A stretch of DNA of 64,000 bases. Origin: Gammaproteobacteria bacterium (lineage in GTDB: Bacteria > Pseudomonadota > Gammaproteobacteria > Steroidobacterales > Foliamicaceae). The translations under genes and the position numbers were made by a program. The stretch lies in contig JAPPHC010000012.1 of the NCBI GenBank assembly GCA_028821145.1, positions 2,026 to 66,025 on the forward strand. Direction: 5' to 3'. The notes below the pieces were generated by a model. That model worked only from the letters and a program-made list of their open reading frames with translations, was not told where the DNA came from and did not search any database. Shown here piece by piece: positions 30,224-39,517 of this stretch (positions within the stretch are counted from its first letter, which is position 1; each line of letters starts with the position of its first letter).

Positions 30224-33214
30224 TCACGGGGTGTAGCGCAGGATCAGCTTGATACGCCGGCCCTTGGGGTTATGGGTCATGCCATCGTAGGCATGCTCCA
30301 CATTGGCGAAGGGCGGGTCTTCGTCGGTGAGATTCAGGGCGGACAGCGTGACGTTCAAGCCGTAGCGCGGCAAGCGCCACTGGAAACTCAGGTCCAGGGT
30401 CGTGAAGCCATCCACGGTAAAGCTTTCAACCGGCACCCCGCCGTAGCCGTCGTGGGCCCCGTCGTCCTTGTAGGACGAGACATGGTTCACGTACGCGGAA
30501 AGACTGTAGTCGTTCCAGTGGTACGCGAGGTATGCCTGGCCTTTCCAGTCGGGAATGGGAACTGCCAGCGGATTGCCGAAGTTCAGTCTGCCCGCGGCGG
30601 CGATGAAGTCCTGGATCAGAAAATCTTCCAGGTACAGGGCGCGAATGTCGTATTCCAGCGTATATGTGCCGTTGATGCCGGCATCCAGCACTCCGGAACC
30701 GAGATCCAGGGAGCCACGCGCCTCCCAGTCGATGCCCGAGGTCTTGACGCCGGGCCAGTTCACCAGGGGAACTTCCACGCGCGTTATGGACCTGGAACCG
30801 CAGGCCTGCGACAGCGTGTCCGCCCGACCGTCGGCGCAGTAGATGTAATGCATCACCTGATGGGCGGTGGACGGATCCGCGTAGAGGTCGTCGATCGTGT
30901 CATGCGGCAGGCTGCCGATCACGTCCTCGAAGTCATAGTTCCAGTAGTCCAGGGTCATCTCGATCCCGGATTCAAGGAAGAAAATGAGCCCCACGTTGTA
31001 GGTAAACGCGCTCTCGGGCTCCAGCGAAGGATCGCCGTAGATGTCCACCGGGATCCAGGCGCCGACCTGGCTGACGTAATTCGTGACGGTAAGCGGGACT
31101 TCCTGGAGAAGGTCGTCCACCGAGGGCGTCCGGAAGGTGGTCTGGACCGACCCGCGCAGGGTAACGGTGTCGTTCAGCTTCCAGCGCAGCGCGAGCTTCG
31201 GATCGACGCTGTCGGCCTCGTCGTACCTTTCGTAGTTCGCCGCGACCTGGGCGTCCAGTCGATCGCTGAAGCTGATCGCCAACTCGGCGAAGACGCGATG
31301 CACGGTCTGGTCTTCGTCGTAGGGGTTGTAGGCATTGATGAAGGTGAACGGGCCGAAGTTGCTGGTCAGGCAGCTCCTGTCGCCCAGCGCCGCGCAGGGA
31401 TTGATGCTCAGGTTCCCGTGGGGATTGGGGTTGCCCTGCGCGTTGAATCGCCGGAACTGGTAGCCGGCGGCGTACCCGAGCACGTCGCTCAGCCAGTTCC
31501 CGCTGACGGTCGCATCGGCAACCAGCATGGTGGTCTCGCTATTCAGATCGGAGACGCTGTTCATCCATGCGAACAATTCCGGCGAGTTTGCCTGGGCGGG
31601 ATCGTAGTGCGGGTTGGGCGCATCGTAGTACGGCGCCCCCGGCAGGGAGGAAAACTGGCTCGCGCTGCTGAACGGGTTGTAATACTGGCAGCTGCCGGTG
31701 CCGGGCGCATTCTGTGTATCCTCCACCCGCATGCCGGGCCCCAGTGTTGTGTCGGGCACCACGCCCACGCCGCAGTCCGGGCCGCCGTAGCCGCGAAATG
31801 CCAGGAAAAGCCGCTCGGTGAGAATGGCGGGTATGGAGACGTTTCCCTTGCTGCCGGACCATGACAGGCCCAGGTCGTAGAAGGTTTCACGGCCGCCAGG
31901 GCCGGCGAACGAGCCCTCTATGCTTCCGGCCACGCGCCATGTGCTCGTTTCGCGCCGGTCGGTTCGGGCCGGATCGCCGTTGCCGAATGGCCGTCCCCGC
32001 CAGTACCAGTTCTCGTTGCCCATGCACTCGGCGCGAAACTCCCGGCTGAATTCCTCGTTGGCGCAGAAGGCCAACCGGTTGGGATGATCCGGGGCGATCT
32101 CCATGACGCCTCGATGCAGCAGGGGGAACGGGGGATGGGAGGGCTGGGTCTGCCACTTCGGCATGACCGCGTCCGACCAGAGCGCTTCGAGGTGGTAGTC
32201 GGCATTCGTTCCCAGCGGACCGTTCAGTTCGGCAAAAACCCGAGTGAACTTCAGTTCTTCGATCAGGTTGTCAAACGGCTGGTAATTGAAAATGCAGTAG
32301 TACGGATCGACAGCCGGGTTTTCCGGGTAACCATTCAGTTCGTTGCACATGGGATCGGTCTTGCCGCTCCACTGGACCGCCTTGAGCGTGTCGATGACCT
32401 GTTGCCTCGGGGTGGTCGCGGTATCGATTCCTTCGGGGAACCAGAAATAACCAGGATTGCCGACGCTGGACCAGCCGGCCCTCCAGGGATCCACCAGCGG
32501 ACGCAGCGCCCAGTCTCGGTCCTCCGCTTCCAGCTCGCCCCGCCGCTCATGCTCGACTGAAATGACGACCTGGGTCTCGCCCACGGCGGCGCCCCAGATC
32601 ACTCCCGCCATCTGGTCGCTGGCGCTGTCGTAGCCGTCGTAGGAAGCGATGACTTCCAGCCCCTCGAAATCGCCGCGCGTAACGAAATTGGCGATGCCGC
32701 CCACGGCGTCCGAACCGTAGATGGCGCTGGCGCCCTCCTTCAGCACTTCGATACGACCGATGGCGATGGCCGGCAGAACGCCCAGGTCCACGAAACGACC
32801 GCCGATCAGCCGCGCGGGCAAATACGTCTGCCGGCTCCCGTTGAACAGCACCAGCGACCGCGAGGCGCCAAGGCCGCGCAGGTTGACGTTGGAAACGCTC
32901 TCCAGGACCGCTGCCGGCAGGCTGGTGTTGTACCAGCCCGACCGCTCGCCCACGACGCCGTTGCTGGCGCCCAGGTGCTTGAACAGGTCCACCATCAGCG
33001 GTGCGCCCTGCTGCTCCAGGGCTTCGCGGTCGACCACGCTTACCGCGTGCGCCGCATCGATGGGCGTGCCGCGGATTGCGCTGCCGACCACGACGATCTC
33101 CTCGATCGCCGCGGATGCTTCACCTGTTTCCTGAGCGACGGCCGGCATTTGTGCGGCCAGGGAATGCAATACGGCTGTAGCGGCAAGTCCCGCTGTTCTT
33201 TTCCGCAAATTCAT
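30224..33214 (-). CDS. TonB-dependent receptor (large, Cys-rich loops)
   Basis: Signal peptide, EEIVVVGS, NLRGLGASRSLVL and IEVLKEGASAIYGSDAVGG plug motifs. Confidence 0.93.
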   Translation of the reverse strand: MNLRKRTAGLAATAVLHSLAAQMPAVAQETGEASAAIEEIVVVGSAIRGTPIDAAHAVSVVDREALEQQGAPLMVDLFKHLGASNGVVGERSGWYNTSLPAAVLESVSNVNLRGLGASRSLVLFNGSRQTYLPARLIGGRFVDLGVLPAIAIGRIEVLKEGASAIYGSDAVGGIANFVTRGDFEGLEVIASYDGYDSASDQMAGVIWGAAVGETQVVISVEHERRGELEAEDRDWALRPLVDPWRAGWSSVGNPGYFWFPEGIDTATTPRQQVIDTLKAVQWSGKTDPMCNELNGYPENPAVDPYYCIFNYQPFDNLIEELKFTRVFAELNGPLGTNADYHLEALWSDAVMPKWQTQPSHPPFPLLHRGVMEIAPDHPNRLAFCANEEFSREFRAECMGNENWYWRGRPFGNGDPARTDRRETSTWRVAGSIEGSFAGPGGRETFYDLGLSWSGSKGNVSIPAILTERLFLAFRGYGGPDCGVGVVPDTTLGPGMRVEDTQNAPGTGSCQYYNPFSSASQFSSLPGAPYYDAPNPHYDPAQANSPELFAWMNSVSDLNSETTMLVADATVSGNWLSDVLGYAAGYQFRRFNAQGNPNPHGNLSINPCAALGDRSCLTSNFGPFTFINAYNPYDEDQTVHRVFAELAISFSDRLDAQVAANYERYDEADSVDPKLALRWKLNDTVTLRGSVQTTFRTPSVDDLLQEVPLTVTNYVSQVGAWIPVDIYGDPSLEPESAFTYNVGLIFFLESGIEMTLDYWNYDFEDVIGSLPHDTIDDLYADPSTAHQVMHYIYCADGRADTLSQACGSRSITRVEVPLVNWPGVKTSGIDWEARGSLDLGSGVLDAGINGTYTLEYDIRALYLEDFLIQDFIAAAGRLNFGNPLAVPIPDWKGQAYLAYHWNDYSLSAYVNHVSSYKDDGAHDGYGGVPVESFTVDGFTTLDLSFQWRLPRYGLNVTLSALNLTDEDPPFANVEHAYDGMTHNPKGRRIKLILRYTP

Positions 33215-33222
33215 GTTCCCCC

Positions 33223-33251
33223 ACGGTGCCGGACGGTGCCGGACGGTGCCG
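33223..33251. repeat. 10-bp tandem repeat (ACGGTGCCGG x ~3) just upstream of the receptor RBS
   Basis: acggtgccgg acggtgccgg acggtgccg. Confidence 0.85.
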
Positions 33252-33350
33252 AGTTTCGTTCAAAGTCTAATGCACGTATGATGAGCGCTGCCGGCAGATA
33301 AGCCGCGTAATGCTGTACATTTTCTCGCAAGTCAGCTCATAAGTCCCCAT

Positions 33351-33884
33351 ATGAATCGAATGTCAGCGCCATCGGCGCAAGTCCTGTGCTTGTCTGGCAT
33401 GTTCCTTATCTGCGGCTGCGAGGCACCGCGGGAGCCGCCGGAAGGAGTGCAAACGCCGCAAACTGCTCCGCGGAGCGAGGAGAAAGCCGCCATGACGGAC
33501 CCCGGACAAGCCTTTCTGGAGCGCAACGGCGCCCGCGAAGAAGTAATCACGACCGACTCCGGTCTCCAGTACGAAGTATTGGTTTCCGGTAATGGGGCGA
33601 GTCCCGCTCCCGCCGACATGGTAACGGTGCATTACACCGGCACGCTGATTGACGGGACCGTCTTCGACAGCTCCGTGCAGCGCGGCCAGCCTGCGGAATT
33701 CCCGGCCAACCGCCTGATCGCGGGCTGGGTGGAAGCCCTGCAGCTCATGCGAGTCGGCGACAAGTGGATGCTTTACATCCCTTCGGAGCTCGCTTACGGC
33801 GACCGCGGGGCCGGAGGCCTTATCGGTCCCGGCGCGACCCTGATCTTCGAAATCGAGCTTCTGGGCGTACGTTCCGCGGGTTAG
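33351..33884 (+). CDS. FKBP-type peptidyl-prolyl cis-trans isomerase, probable lipoprotein
   Basis: [32 protein letters not shown] and IPSELAYG motifs; lipobox-like LICGC. Confidence 0.92.
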   Translation: MNRMSAPSAQVLCLSGMFLICGCEAPREPPEGVQTPQTAPRSEEKAAMTDPGQAFLERNGAREEVITTDSGLQYEVLVSGNGASPAPADMVTVHYTGTLIDGTVFDSSVQRGQPAEFPANRLIAGWVEALQLMRVGDKWMLYIPSELAYGDRGAGGLIGPGATLIFEIELLGVRSAG

Positions 33885-33920
33885 AACTCCGCGCGGTCGG
33901 CGGCGCTGCCGTCAGGCAGC

Positions 33921-34847
33921 TTATCCGGACCAGCGCACCCAGCCGGTTCCTTCGTAACCGAAATCGAAGGTTTCGGGGTGCAGCAGTTCCGCCAGGATTT
34001 CCGCCGACTCGACCAGTCGCGGCCCCGGACGATTGAAATACTGGTTGCCGTCGGTCACGAACACCCGATCGTTGCGCACCGCCGAGAGCCGCGTCCATTC
34101 GGGAAGGCCAGTGAGCGCCGGCATCTCCTTGATCGACTGCGCGATATCGAAACCGCAGGGCATTACAGCTACGACATCGGGGTCGCGGGAAGCCAGTTCG
34201 TCGAATTCGAAGTATCCGGAATGCCGGCCGGCCTCCCCCATCATGATCCGGCCGCCCGCGATTTCCACCAGGGCAGGCACCCAATTGGCGGCGAACATGA
34301 GCGGGTCGATCCACTCGATACAGGCAATGCTCGGCTGCTCCGCAAGCCGCTTTGCCCGCCTGCCGAGGTCGCCGAGCCTCGCCTTCAGGCCTGCTACCAG
34401 CTCCTCGCCGATCCCGGCGTCTTTTAGAGCCCCGGCCACCCGTCGAATGTCCATCCAAACGTCATCCAGGTTCATCGGTTCCAGCGACACCACATCGGGC
34501 CTGGAAGAAACGAGTTCGCCCACCGCCTGCCGCACATCGGCCAGGCTGACTGCGCAGACCTCGCACTGCGACTGCGTGATGATCAGGTCGGGCGCCAGCC
34601 GGTCCAGAAGCTCCGCGTCCACGCGGTAGACCGACAGCGCCTGGTCAACCAGCGCCTTTACCTGAGCGTCGATACGCGGGCTGGACGCCTTGGCGTCTAT
34701 TTTCGAAGCGGAGCAGACCGGAATGCCGGTGACGGACGGCGGAAAATCGCACTCATGAGACCGGCCGACCAGCTGCTTCTCGAAACCAAGCGCGGCTACG
34801 ATCTCCGTGGCGCTGGCGATAAGCGAAACGATCCGATGTTCGCCCAT
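33921..34847 (-). CDS. BtuF/Fe-B12 binding-protein fold protein without a signal peptide
   Basis: RIVSLIASATEIV, GRSHECDFP, QCEVCAVS and YFNRPGPRLVES motifs. Confidence 0.8.
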   Translation of the reverse strand: MGEHRIVSLIASATEIVAALGFEKQLVGRSHECDFPPSVTGIPVCSASKIDAKASSPRIDAQVKALVDQALSVYRVDAELLDRLAPDLIITQSQCEVCAVSLADVRQAVGELVSSRPDVVSLEPMNLDDVWMDIRRVAGALKDAGIGEELVAGLKARLGDLGRRAKRLAEQPSIACIEWIDPLMFAANWVPALVEIAGGRIMMGEAGRHSGYFEFDELASRDPDVVAVMPCGFDIAQSIKEMPALTGLPEWTRLSAVRNDRVFVTDGNQYFNRPGPRLVESAEILAELLHPETFDFGYEGTGWVRWSG

Positions 34848-34859
34848 CGGGGCTCTTGT

Positions 34860-35450
34860 TTATGCGGCGCGGACGGCCGCTACCGGCACTGGACTGCGCA
34901 AAGCCAGCCTGCTGAAAAGCAGCGGCAGGAAAACCCCCATGCTGATCACGGTGTTGCGGAAGAACGGAATCGCCATCACGTAACACTCCACCAGGCCGGC
35001 CCAGGTCTTCGGGTAGGTCGTGCCGAGTGCCCAGGTGCCGAAATTCGAGACGACGAAGAACAGGATTGCCGAACCCAGTCCGGCCACCGCGATCCTCCCC
35101 CAGGATCGCTGCGAGCGGGCAATGAACCCGCAGCTGACGACCAGGATCACGGAAAGGTAGGTAATCGGCTGATCGGCGTAGAAGGCCCAGTCGGCCCGCC
35201 CCGAAATCGCCCATATGCCCAGGTCGCCCGCCAGGTAGATCGCCAGGGGCGCAAGGTAGGCGATGCTGCGCCTGGTGAAACAGGCGGCGCCGAAGATGCA
35301 CAGCGGCAGTATCGGCGAGAAATTCCACGGGTAAACGGTGTTTTCCGGGTCGATGGGAACACCGAGCGTATGCAGCAGGTACGGCATCAGCCGAAAGCCC
35401 ACCGCAATAACCACGAGCATCGCCAGCGTGACAGGTCGAGGTCGCAACAT
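34860..35450 (-). CDS. DUF6580-like putative membrane transport protein (S-component-like)
   Basis: About 6 TM segments; WNFSPI..IFGAA, FFVVSNFG.W and CYVMAIPFFRN pattern. Confidence 0.7.
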   Translation of the reverse strand: MLRPRPVTLAMLVVIAVGFRLMPYLLHTLGVPIDPENTVYPWNFSPILPLCIFGAACFTRRSIAYLAPLAIYLAGDLGIWAISGRADWAFYADQPITYLSVILVVSCGFIARSQRSWGRIAVAGLGSAILFFVVSNFGTWALGTTYPKTWAGLVECYVMAIPFFRNTVISMGVFLPLLFSRLALRSPVPVAAVRAA

Positions 35451-35484
35451 CAAACTCTTCTCCCAGGACGCACCTGTTCGCGCA

Positions 35485-35509
35485 ATTCTAGCAGCCCGGT
35501 GGTTGTCAA
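35485..35509 (-). promoter_or_regulatory. Putative extended -10 promoter for the DUF6580/btuF-like pair
   Basis: Minus strand TG-C-TAGAAT; a TTGACA lies only 13 nt upstream (non-canonical spacing). Confidence 0.45.
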
Positions 35510-35545
35510 CGCGCCCCCGGCGCGTTGGCCCCGCGCAGGGCCGGA

Positions 35546-37036
35546 TCAGGCCGAATACGCGTAGTATTCGATGCCCTCGTCCTGAAAATCCTGACCGGTT
35601 TTCGTTCCGATGCTCTCCACGCGGAAACCCGGCGGGCTCGGCAGGTCATCCACCGCAAGTCCGGCGTGCAGCGCCTCGTACTGGCTGCGGCTGAGGTCGT
35701 AGGCCGGCTCCAGGGCCTTGTTGAAATGAATGCGCCCAGCCGCTTCCTTCCAGCCGTCGCATACGCGCATGGGCAGGGCCTCGGCGGCGTCTCCGCTGCC
35801 GTAACCGATCAGCAGAATCTCGTCCCCCGCCCAGCTCTCTCCGGCCCGGGCAGCTTCCTCAAGCCCTGCCGCCAGCCAGGCGAACAATGCGCCCGAATAA
35901 ATATTCCCCAGTTGCATCATGTTGTCGTCGCCCCAGCGTAAGGGATGCAACACCAGTTCCTCGAATTCGGGCGTGGCGCGCAGCCCTTTCATGAGTTCGT
36001 TGGTCCTGCGAAACGGGTTCCAGGCGCCGGGTCCGTCCGCATCGTGCTCCGGCAATTCGTGCCGCTCGCGCATTTCACCGAGGGCTTCGCCGAGCGCGAC
36101 TCCGGTTTCGGGACAAAGCCGTTTCAGCAGGCGGGAACCGTCACCATGACTGAGCGCCTCCGCGCACAATCGCACCAGCGCAAAGGCGCTTTGCGGCATG
36201 CGCCGGTAGGGACGGTGAAAGAACACGGCCCGCAGTTCCTGCAGCCACTCCGCCGGCGACACCCCACGGCGCTGGTACAGGTGCGACAGCGCGTTGCGGA
36301 CCTGGTCCAGATAGCAGTACGTCGAGAAACGGCCGTTGAACACCGGGTAGTGAAGGTTGGAGCGCGGCCGCCGGTCCGCGTCCATCAGAGGCTTGCGGAA
36401 ATCGGAGATCCGGTAGTCCGAGGCGCGTCCCGCGTGCCCAAGCTCCAGACTGGCCAGGGCCGGGTTGCGCTCCACCAGCAGCGCCACGGCGCCGGCGCCC
36501 TGGGTGGGCTCGCCGGAACTGCCGCGGGCGTAGAGGGCAAGATCGGAACAGATGACGATCGCCGCGGAATCCTCGAGCAGGCAGTGACGCACGGCGTTCT
36601 TGAGCGCATAGACGCCGCCCAGGCAGGCGTGTTTTATTTCCGGGACTTCGCAATGTTGCGAAAGGCGCGGCAATCCATGGTCGTCCAGCGCCTGGTCGAG
36701 CATGCCCTTGATGATGATGGACCCTGCGGAGTTGTCGTTGCTCGATTCGGTCCCCAGCGCCAGCAGCCCGATCCGGGCGGGGTCCACATCGTTCTGGCGA
36801 ATCAGCTTCAGCGCCGCGTTCGCGGCCATCGTATAGACGCTTTGCGCGGGACCGGGCACCCGGAAGGCATGGCCGACCACGGCGGAAATCTTGTCCCAGG
36901 AGGCGCCGGTCCATCCGCACCAGTCCTCCAGGCTGACCCGGTACGGCGGCAGGTCCATCGCCATGCCGCTGATGCCGGCGGTGATCCCTGAGTCTTGCGG
37001 CGCCCTGCGGGCCGGAGGGGTTCGCTGAAGTGCCAT
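35546..37036 (-). CDS. Hydroxymethylglutaryl-CoA synthase family protein
   Basis: GTESS.D, EIKHACLGG (catalytic Cys), GEPTQGAGAVA, DFRKP, FHRPY, GNIYSG and GYGSG motifs. Confidence 0.85.
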   Translation of the reverse strand: MALQRTPPARRAPQDSGITAGISGMAMDLPPYRVSLEDWCGWTGASWDKISAVVGHAFRVPGPAQSVYTMAANAALKLIRQNDVDPARIGLLALGTESSNDNSAGSIIIKGMLDQALDDHGLPRLSQHCEVPEIKHACLGGVYALKNAVRHCLLEDSAAIVICSDLALYARGSSGEPTQGAGAVALLVERNPALASLELGHAGRASDYRISDFRKPLMDADRRPRSNLHYPVFNGRFSTYCYLDQVRNALSHLYQRRGVSPAEWLQELRAVFFHRPYRRMPQSAFALVRLCAEALSHGDGSRLLKRLCPETGVALGEALGEMRERHELPEHDADGPGAWNPFRRTNELMKGLRATPEFEELVLHPLRWGDDNMMQLGNIYSGALFAWLAAGLEEAARAGESWAGDEILLIGYGSGDAAEALPMRVCDGWKEAAGRIHFNKALEPAYDLSRSQYEALHAGLAVDDLPSPPGFRVESIGTKTGQDFQDEGIEYYAYSA

Positions 37037-37110
37037 GAAGTGCTTTTACCCTTTTGTCGAGCGCGCGCAGGGCGAAATGTGCTCATGACAAGCCCCCCGC
37101 AGTCAAATCG

Positions 37111-37116
37111 ATTATA
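37111..37116 (-). promoter_or_regulatory. Putative -10 box for the HMG-CoA synthase gene
   Basis: TATAAT on the minus strand ~75 nt upstream of the start. Confidence 0.4.
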
Positions 37117-37153
37117 AGCGAGGAGCTCCCCGGGATGATTGGCCGACCCAGCC

Positions 37154-37453
37154 TTACCGGGCGGCGGTCCAGGCATCCATGCCACCCTCCAGATTCATCG
37201 CTTTCCTGTATCCAAGACTGTTCCAGAAACTGGCGGCTTGAAGGCTGCGCATTCCTGACTGGCATACAAAAACAATTTCGTCATTCGGATCATAGTCCGC
37301 GACAACGTCGGACAGTGCCGTCAGGGGGACATTCCTGGCGCCGGCGATGTGACCCTGCTTGAATTCCATCGGTTCACGCACGTCAATCAGAATGGGTTGT
37401 TTGCCCGAATTCAAGCGCTCGCCAAGTTGTTCCGGCGTAATCGTTGAAGTCAT
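37154..37453 (-). CDS. Single-domain rhodanese (sulfurtransferase)
   Basis: IDVREPMEF..GHIAGA, VCQSGMRS and NLEGGMDAW motifs. Confidence 0.9.
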   Translation of the reverse strand: MTSTITPEQLGERLNSGKQPILIDVREPMEFKQGHIAGARNVPLTALSDVVADYDPNDEIVFVCQSGMRSLQAASFWNSLGYRKAMNLEGGMDAWTAAR

Positions 37454-37477
37454 GAAATACCTTTCAAAAATAGATTC

Positions 37478-38821
37478 TTACGATTGAGGGCCATTCAGTT
37501 CCTCAAAGGATTGACGATATTTCTTCAAAATCCACGGCACGGCAAGAAACAGGGGAATGCCGAAAATCACGGGCAAGGATGCCATCGAGTAACGCAGATT
37601 GTCGTATCCGAACACGTAATCGTTCATAAGCCCGATGCATAACGGACCAAGGCCCTGTCCAAGCAAAGCGGTGGCCATGTAATAAACGGCGACGGACTGA
37701 CCGCGGATATTGGATGGAATGATATTCAGGAGCGCGGTTACGCCCGTTGCGGTGGACAGGGCGACAGCGGCAAGCATCACGCCAAGGAAAATAAGCGCCA
37801 GGCCTGCGGACGGCATCAGGGGCCAAATGATCCCTGCAACCGTCATTACGGGCACTCCATACAACCCCACCAGCAAAGGCGCCGCAGTGCGGCCATTTCG
37901 CAACAACCTGTCGGACATCCATCCCCCAAGGTTTACGGCAAGCGGCCCCAGCACAATGAACAATATGCCGATGGCCTGCCCATATTGAACCGGCGACCAG
38001 CCCCATGTTCTGGCAAATGCCGCGGCACCCCAACTGGAGCTGAAGCCGATCAGAATCACATATCCAAAAACCCAGACCACTCCAATAAGACTGGCCGGAC
38101 GACCGCGGATATAGCTGAATACGGCACGGTATCCGATGCCCTGCGCGTTGGAGGTGACGGTGTCCACGGTGCGTTTTGGCTCTCTCAGGAATAAAACCAC
38201 TGGCACCAGCAAAAGACCCGGCAAACCCACGACCAGCAGGCTCACCCTCCAGGGCGCCAGATCACCCAGTCCCGGAACGGAAACGTAATCCGATTGCGTG
38301 GCCCAGGCGATGACCGCGGCCCCCGTCAGGGCGGCAATGCCTGCTCCAAGAGAAATTGCCATCGAATAAAAGGCAATGGGTTTTCCACGTTTTTCTTTCG
38401 GAAAACAATCGGCCATCAGGGACATGGCGCATGGGCTGAGAGAGGCTTCACCCACTCCGACCGACATGCGCGCAACAAACAGCCCCAGGAAGGACCGCGC
38501 CAGACCGGACACTGCGGTAGCCGCAGACCATATTGCCAAACCGGCAGCCACGATGAACGTTCTGCGTCTGCGGTCTGCCAACCAGCCGAAGGGCAAACCC
38601 ATCAGGACATAAAAGATGGCAAATGCCGGCCCCAGCAACAGGCCTATTTGCGTATCCGTGAGACCAAGATCGGCCTGTATGGGCTGAATGAGCAGGCCAA
38701 GAATGAATCTGTCGATGAACGAAAAAATATAGACAATGGTCAGCAGTACGACCATGTACCAGCTATAAGCTGGCGCGGGCCACCGGAGAGCGGGCTCGGC
38801 ATGGCCCGTTGACAAATTCAT
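37478..38821 (-). CDS. Spinster-like MFS transporter
   Basis: SFIDRFILGLL, GWLADRRRR and ARMSVGVGEA motifs; about 12 TM segments. Confidence 0.88.
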   Translation of the reverse strand: MNLSTGHAEPALRWPAPAYSWYMVVLLTIVYIFSFIDRFILGLLIQPIQADLGLTDTQIGLLLGPAFAIFYVLMGLPFGWLADRRRRTFIVAAGLAIWSAATAVSGLARSFLGLFVARMSVGVGEASLSPCAMSLMADCFPKEKRGKPIAFYSMAISLGAGIAALTGAAVIAWATQSDYVSVPGLGDLAPWRVSLLVVGLPGLLLVPVVLFLREPKRTVDTVTSNAQGIGYRAVFSYIRGRPASLIGVVWVFGYVILIGFSSSWGAAAFARTWGWSPVQYGQAIGILFIVLGPLAVNLGGWMSDRLLRNGRTAAPLLVGLYGVPVMTVAGIIWPLMPSAGLALIFLGVMLAAVALSTATGVTALLNIIPSNIRGQSVAVYYMATALLGQGLGPLCIGLMNDYVFGYDNLRYSMASLPVIFGIPLFLAVPWILKKYRQSFEELNGPQS

Positions 38822-39399
38822 TCGTCTGTTGCGGCAATACCGCGCTGAATGAGGTTGACTGCAATCCCCTCCGGTCCCCGGAAGATGAACTCCCTGTCTT
38901 GAGTCACCATATTCGGCCTTTCAAAAATCACGATTGGCGGCGTCAGCGCCGTATATCCAAGCTCGATGACTTTTGCATGGACGGCATCGATGTTGTTTGT
39001 TTCCATAACAATGGCAACGTCACCCGTAACCAATTTTGAAGCTGCGCCATCGGACGCAACTGATGTTGCAGCGCTGATCTGCAGCAAGGCCACATTGGCA
39101 ATTTCCAGATCACGGGATTGCAAGATGACAATGCGCGCGGTCGTGTCCCCATATCCCAGGAGGCTGCTGACCGCTTCGCCACTCAGTGGCAGATCCAACC
39201 TGACGGAGAGTCCAAGTACATCGCGGAACAGTTGCAAGGCGCTGTCCATATCCTGCACGACAACGGTTGTTCTCAGTACGGCGGATGTTTCCGTTGCCGT
39301 TGGCGCCGACAAGCCATTCTGATCAGACGCCGTTGCCGGCGCCGTTGGCAGCGCGATAAAAATCCCCAGTGCGCACAATAGACATTTAAGCGTTTGCAT
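38818..39399 (-). CDS. Secreted VOC/glyoxalase-family protein
   Basis: Signal peptide (ALPTAPATA), VVQDMDSALQLFRDVLGL and FRGPEGIAVNL motifs. Confidence 0.75.
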   Translation of the reverse strand: MQTLKCLLCALGIFIALPTAPATASDQNGLSAPTATETSAVLRTTVVVQDMDSALQLFRDVLGLSVRLDLPLSGEAVSSLLGYGDTTARIVILQSRDLEIANVALLQISAATSVASDGAASKLVTGDVAIVMETNNIDAVHAKVIELGYTALTPPIVIFERPNMVTQDREFIFRGPEGIAVNLIQRGIAATDE

Positions 39400-39517
39400 T
39401 GTCTGACCCCTTTTCCTGACCGCAAGCGATACCATCGCCGGCAAGCCAGATAACATTGCACCTCGGCGCAAATTCACCGTTGGCGCCGGGGTGGAGAGTG
39501 GACCTGGAGAAAACACC

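Noticed and set aside
35451..35545. Cobalamin riboswitch upstream of the DUF6580/btuF-like pair
   Set aside because: The spacer is under 100 nt, has no B12 box, and is taken up by two GC hairpins and a promoter-like element.
37040..37200. att direct repeat of the tRNA-Ser 3' end at the far side of the islet
   Set aside because: Only a short GGCGGCGG match, which is expected by chance in GC-rich DNA.
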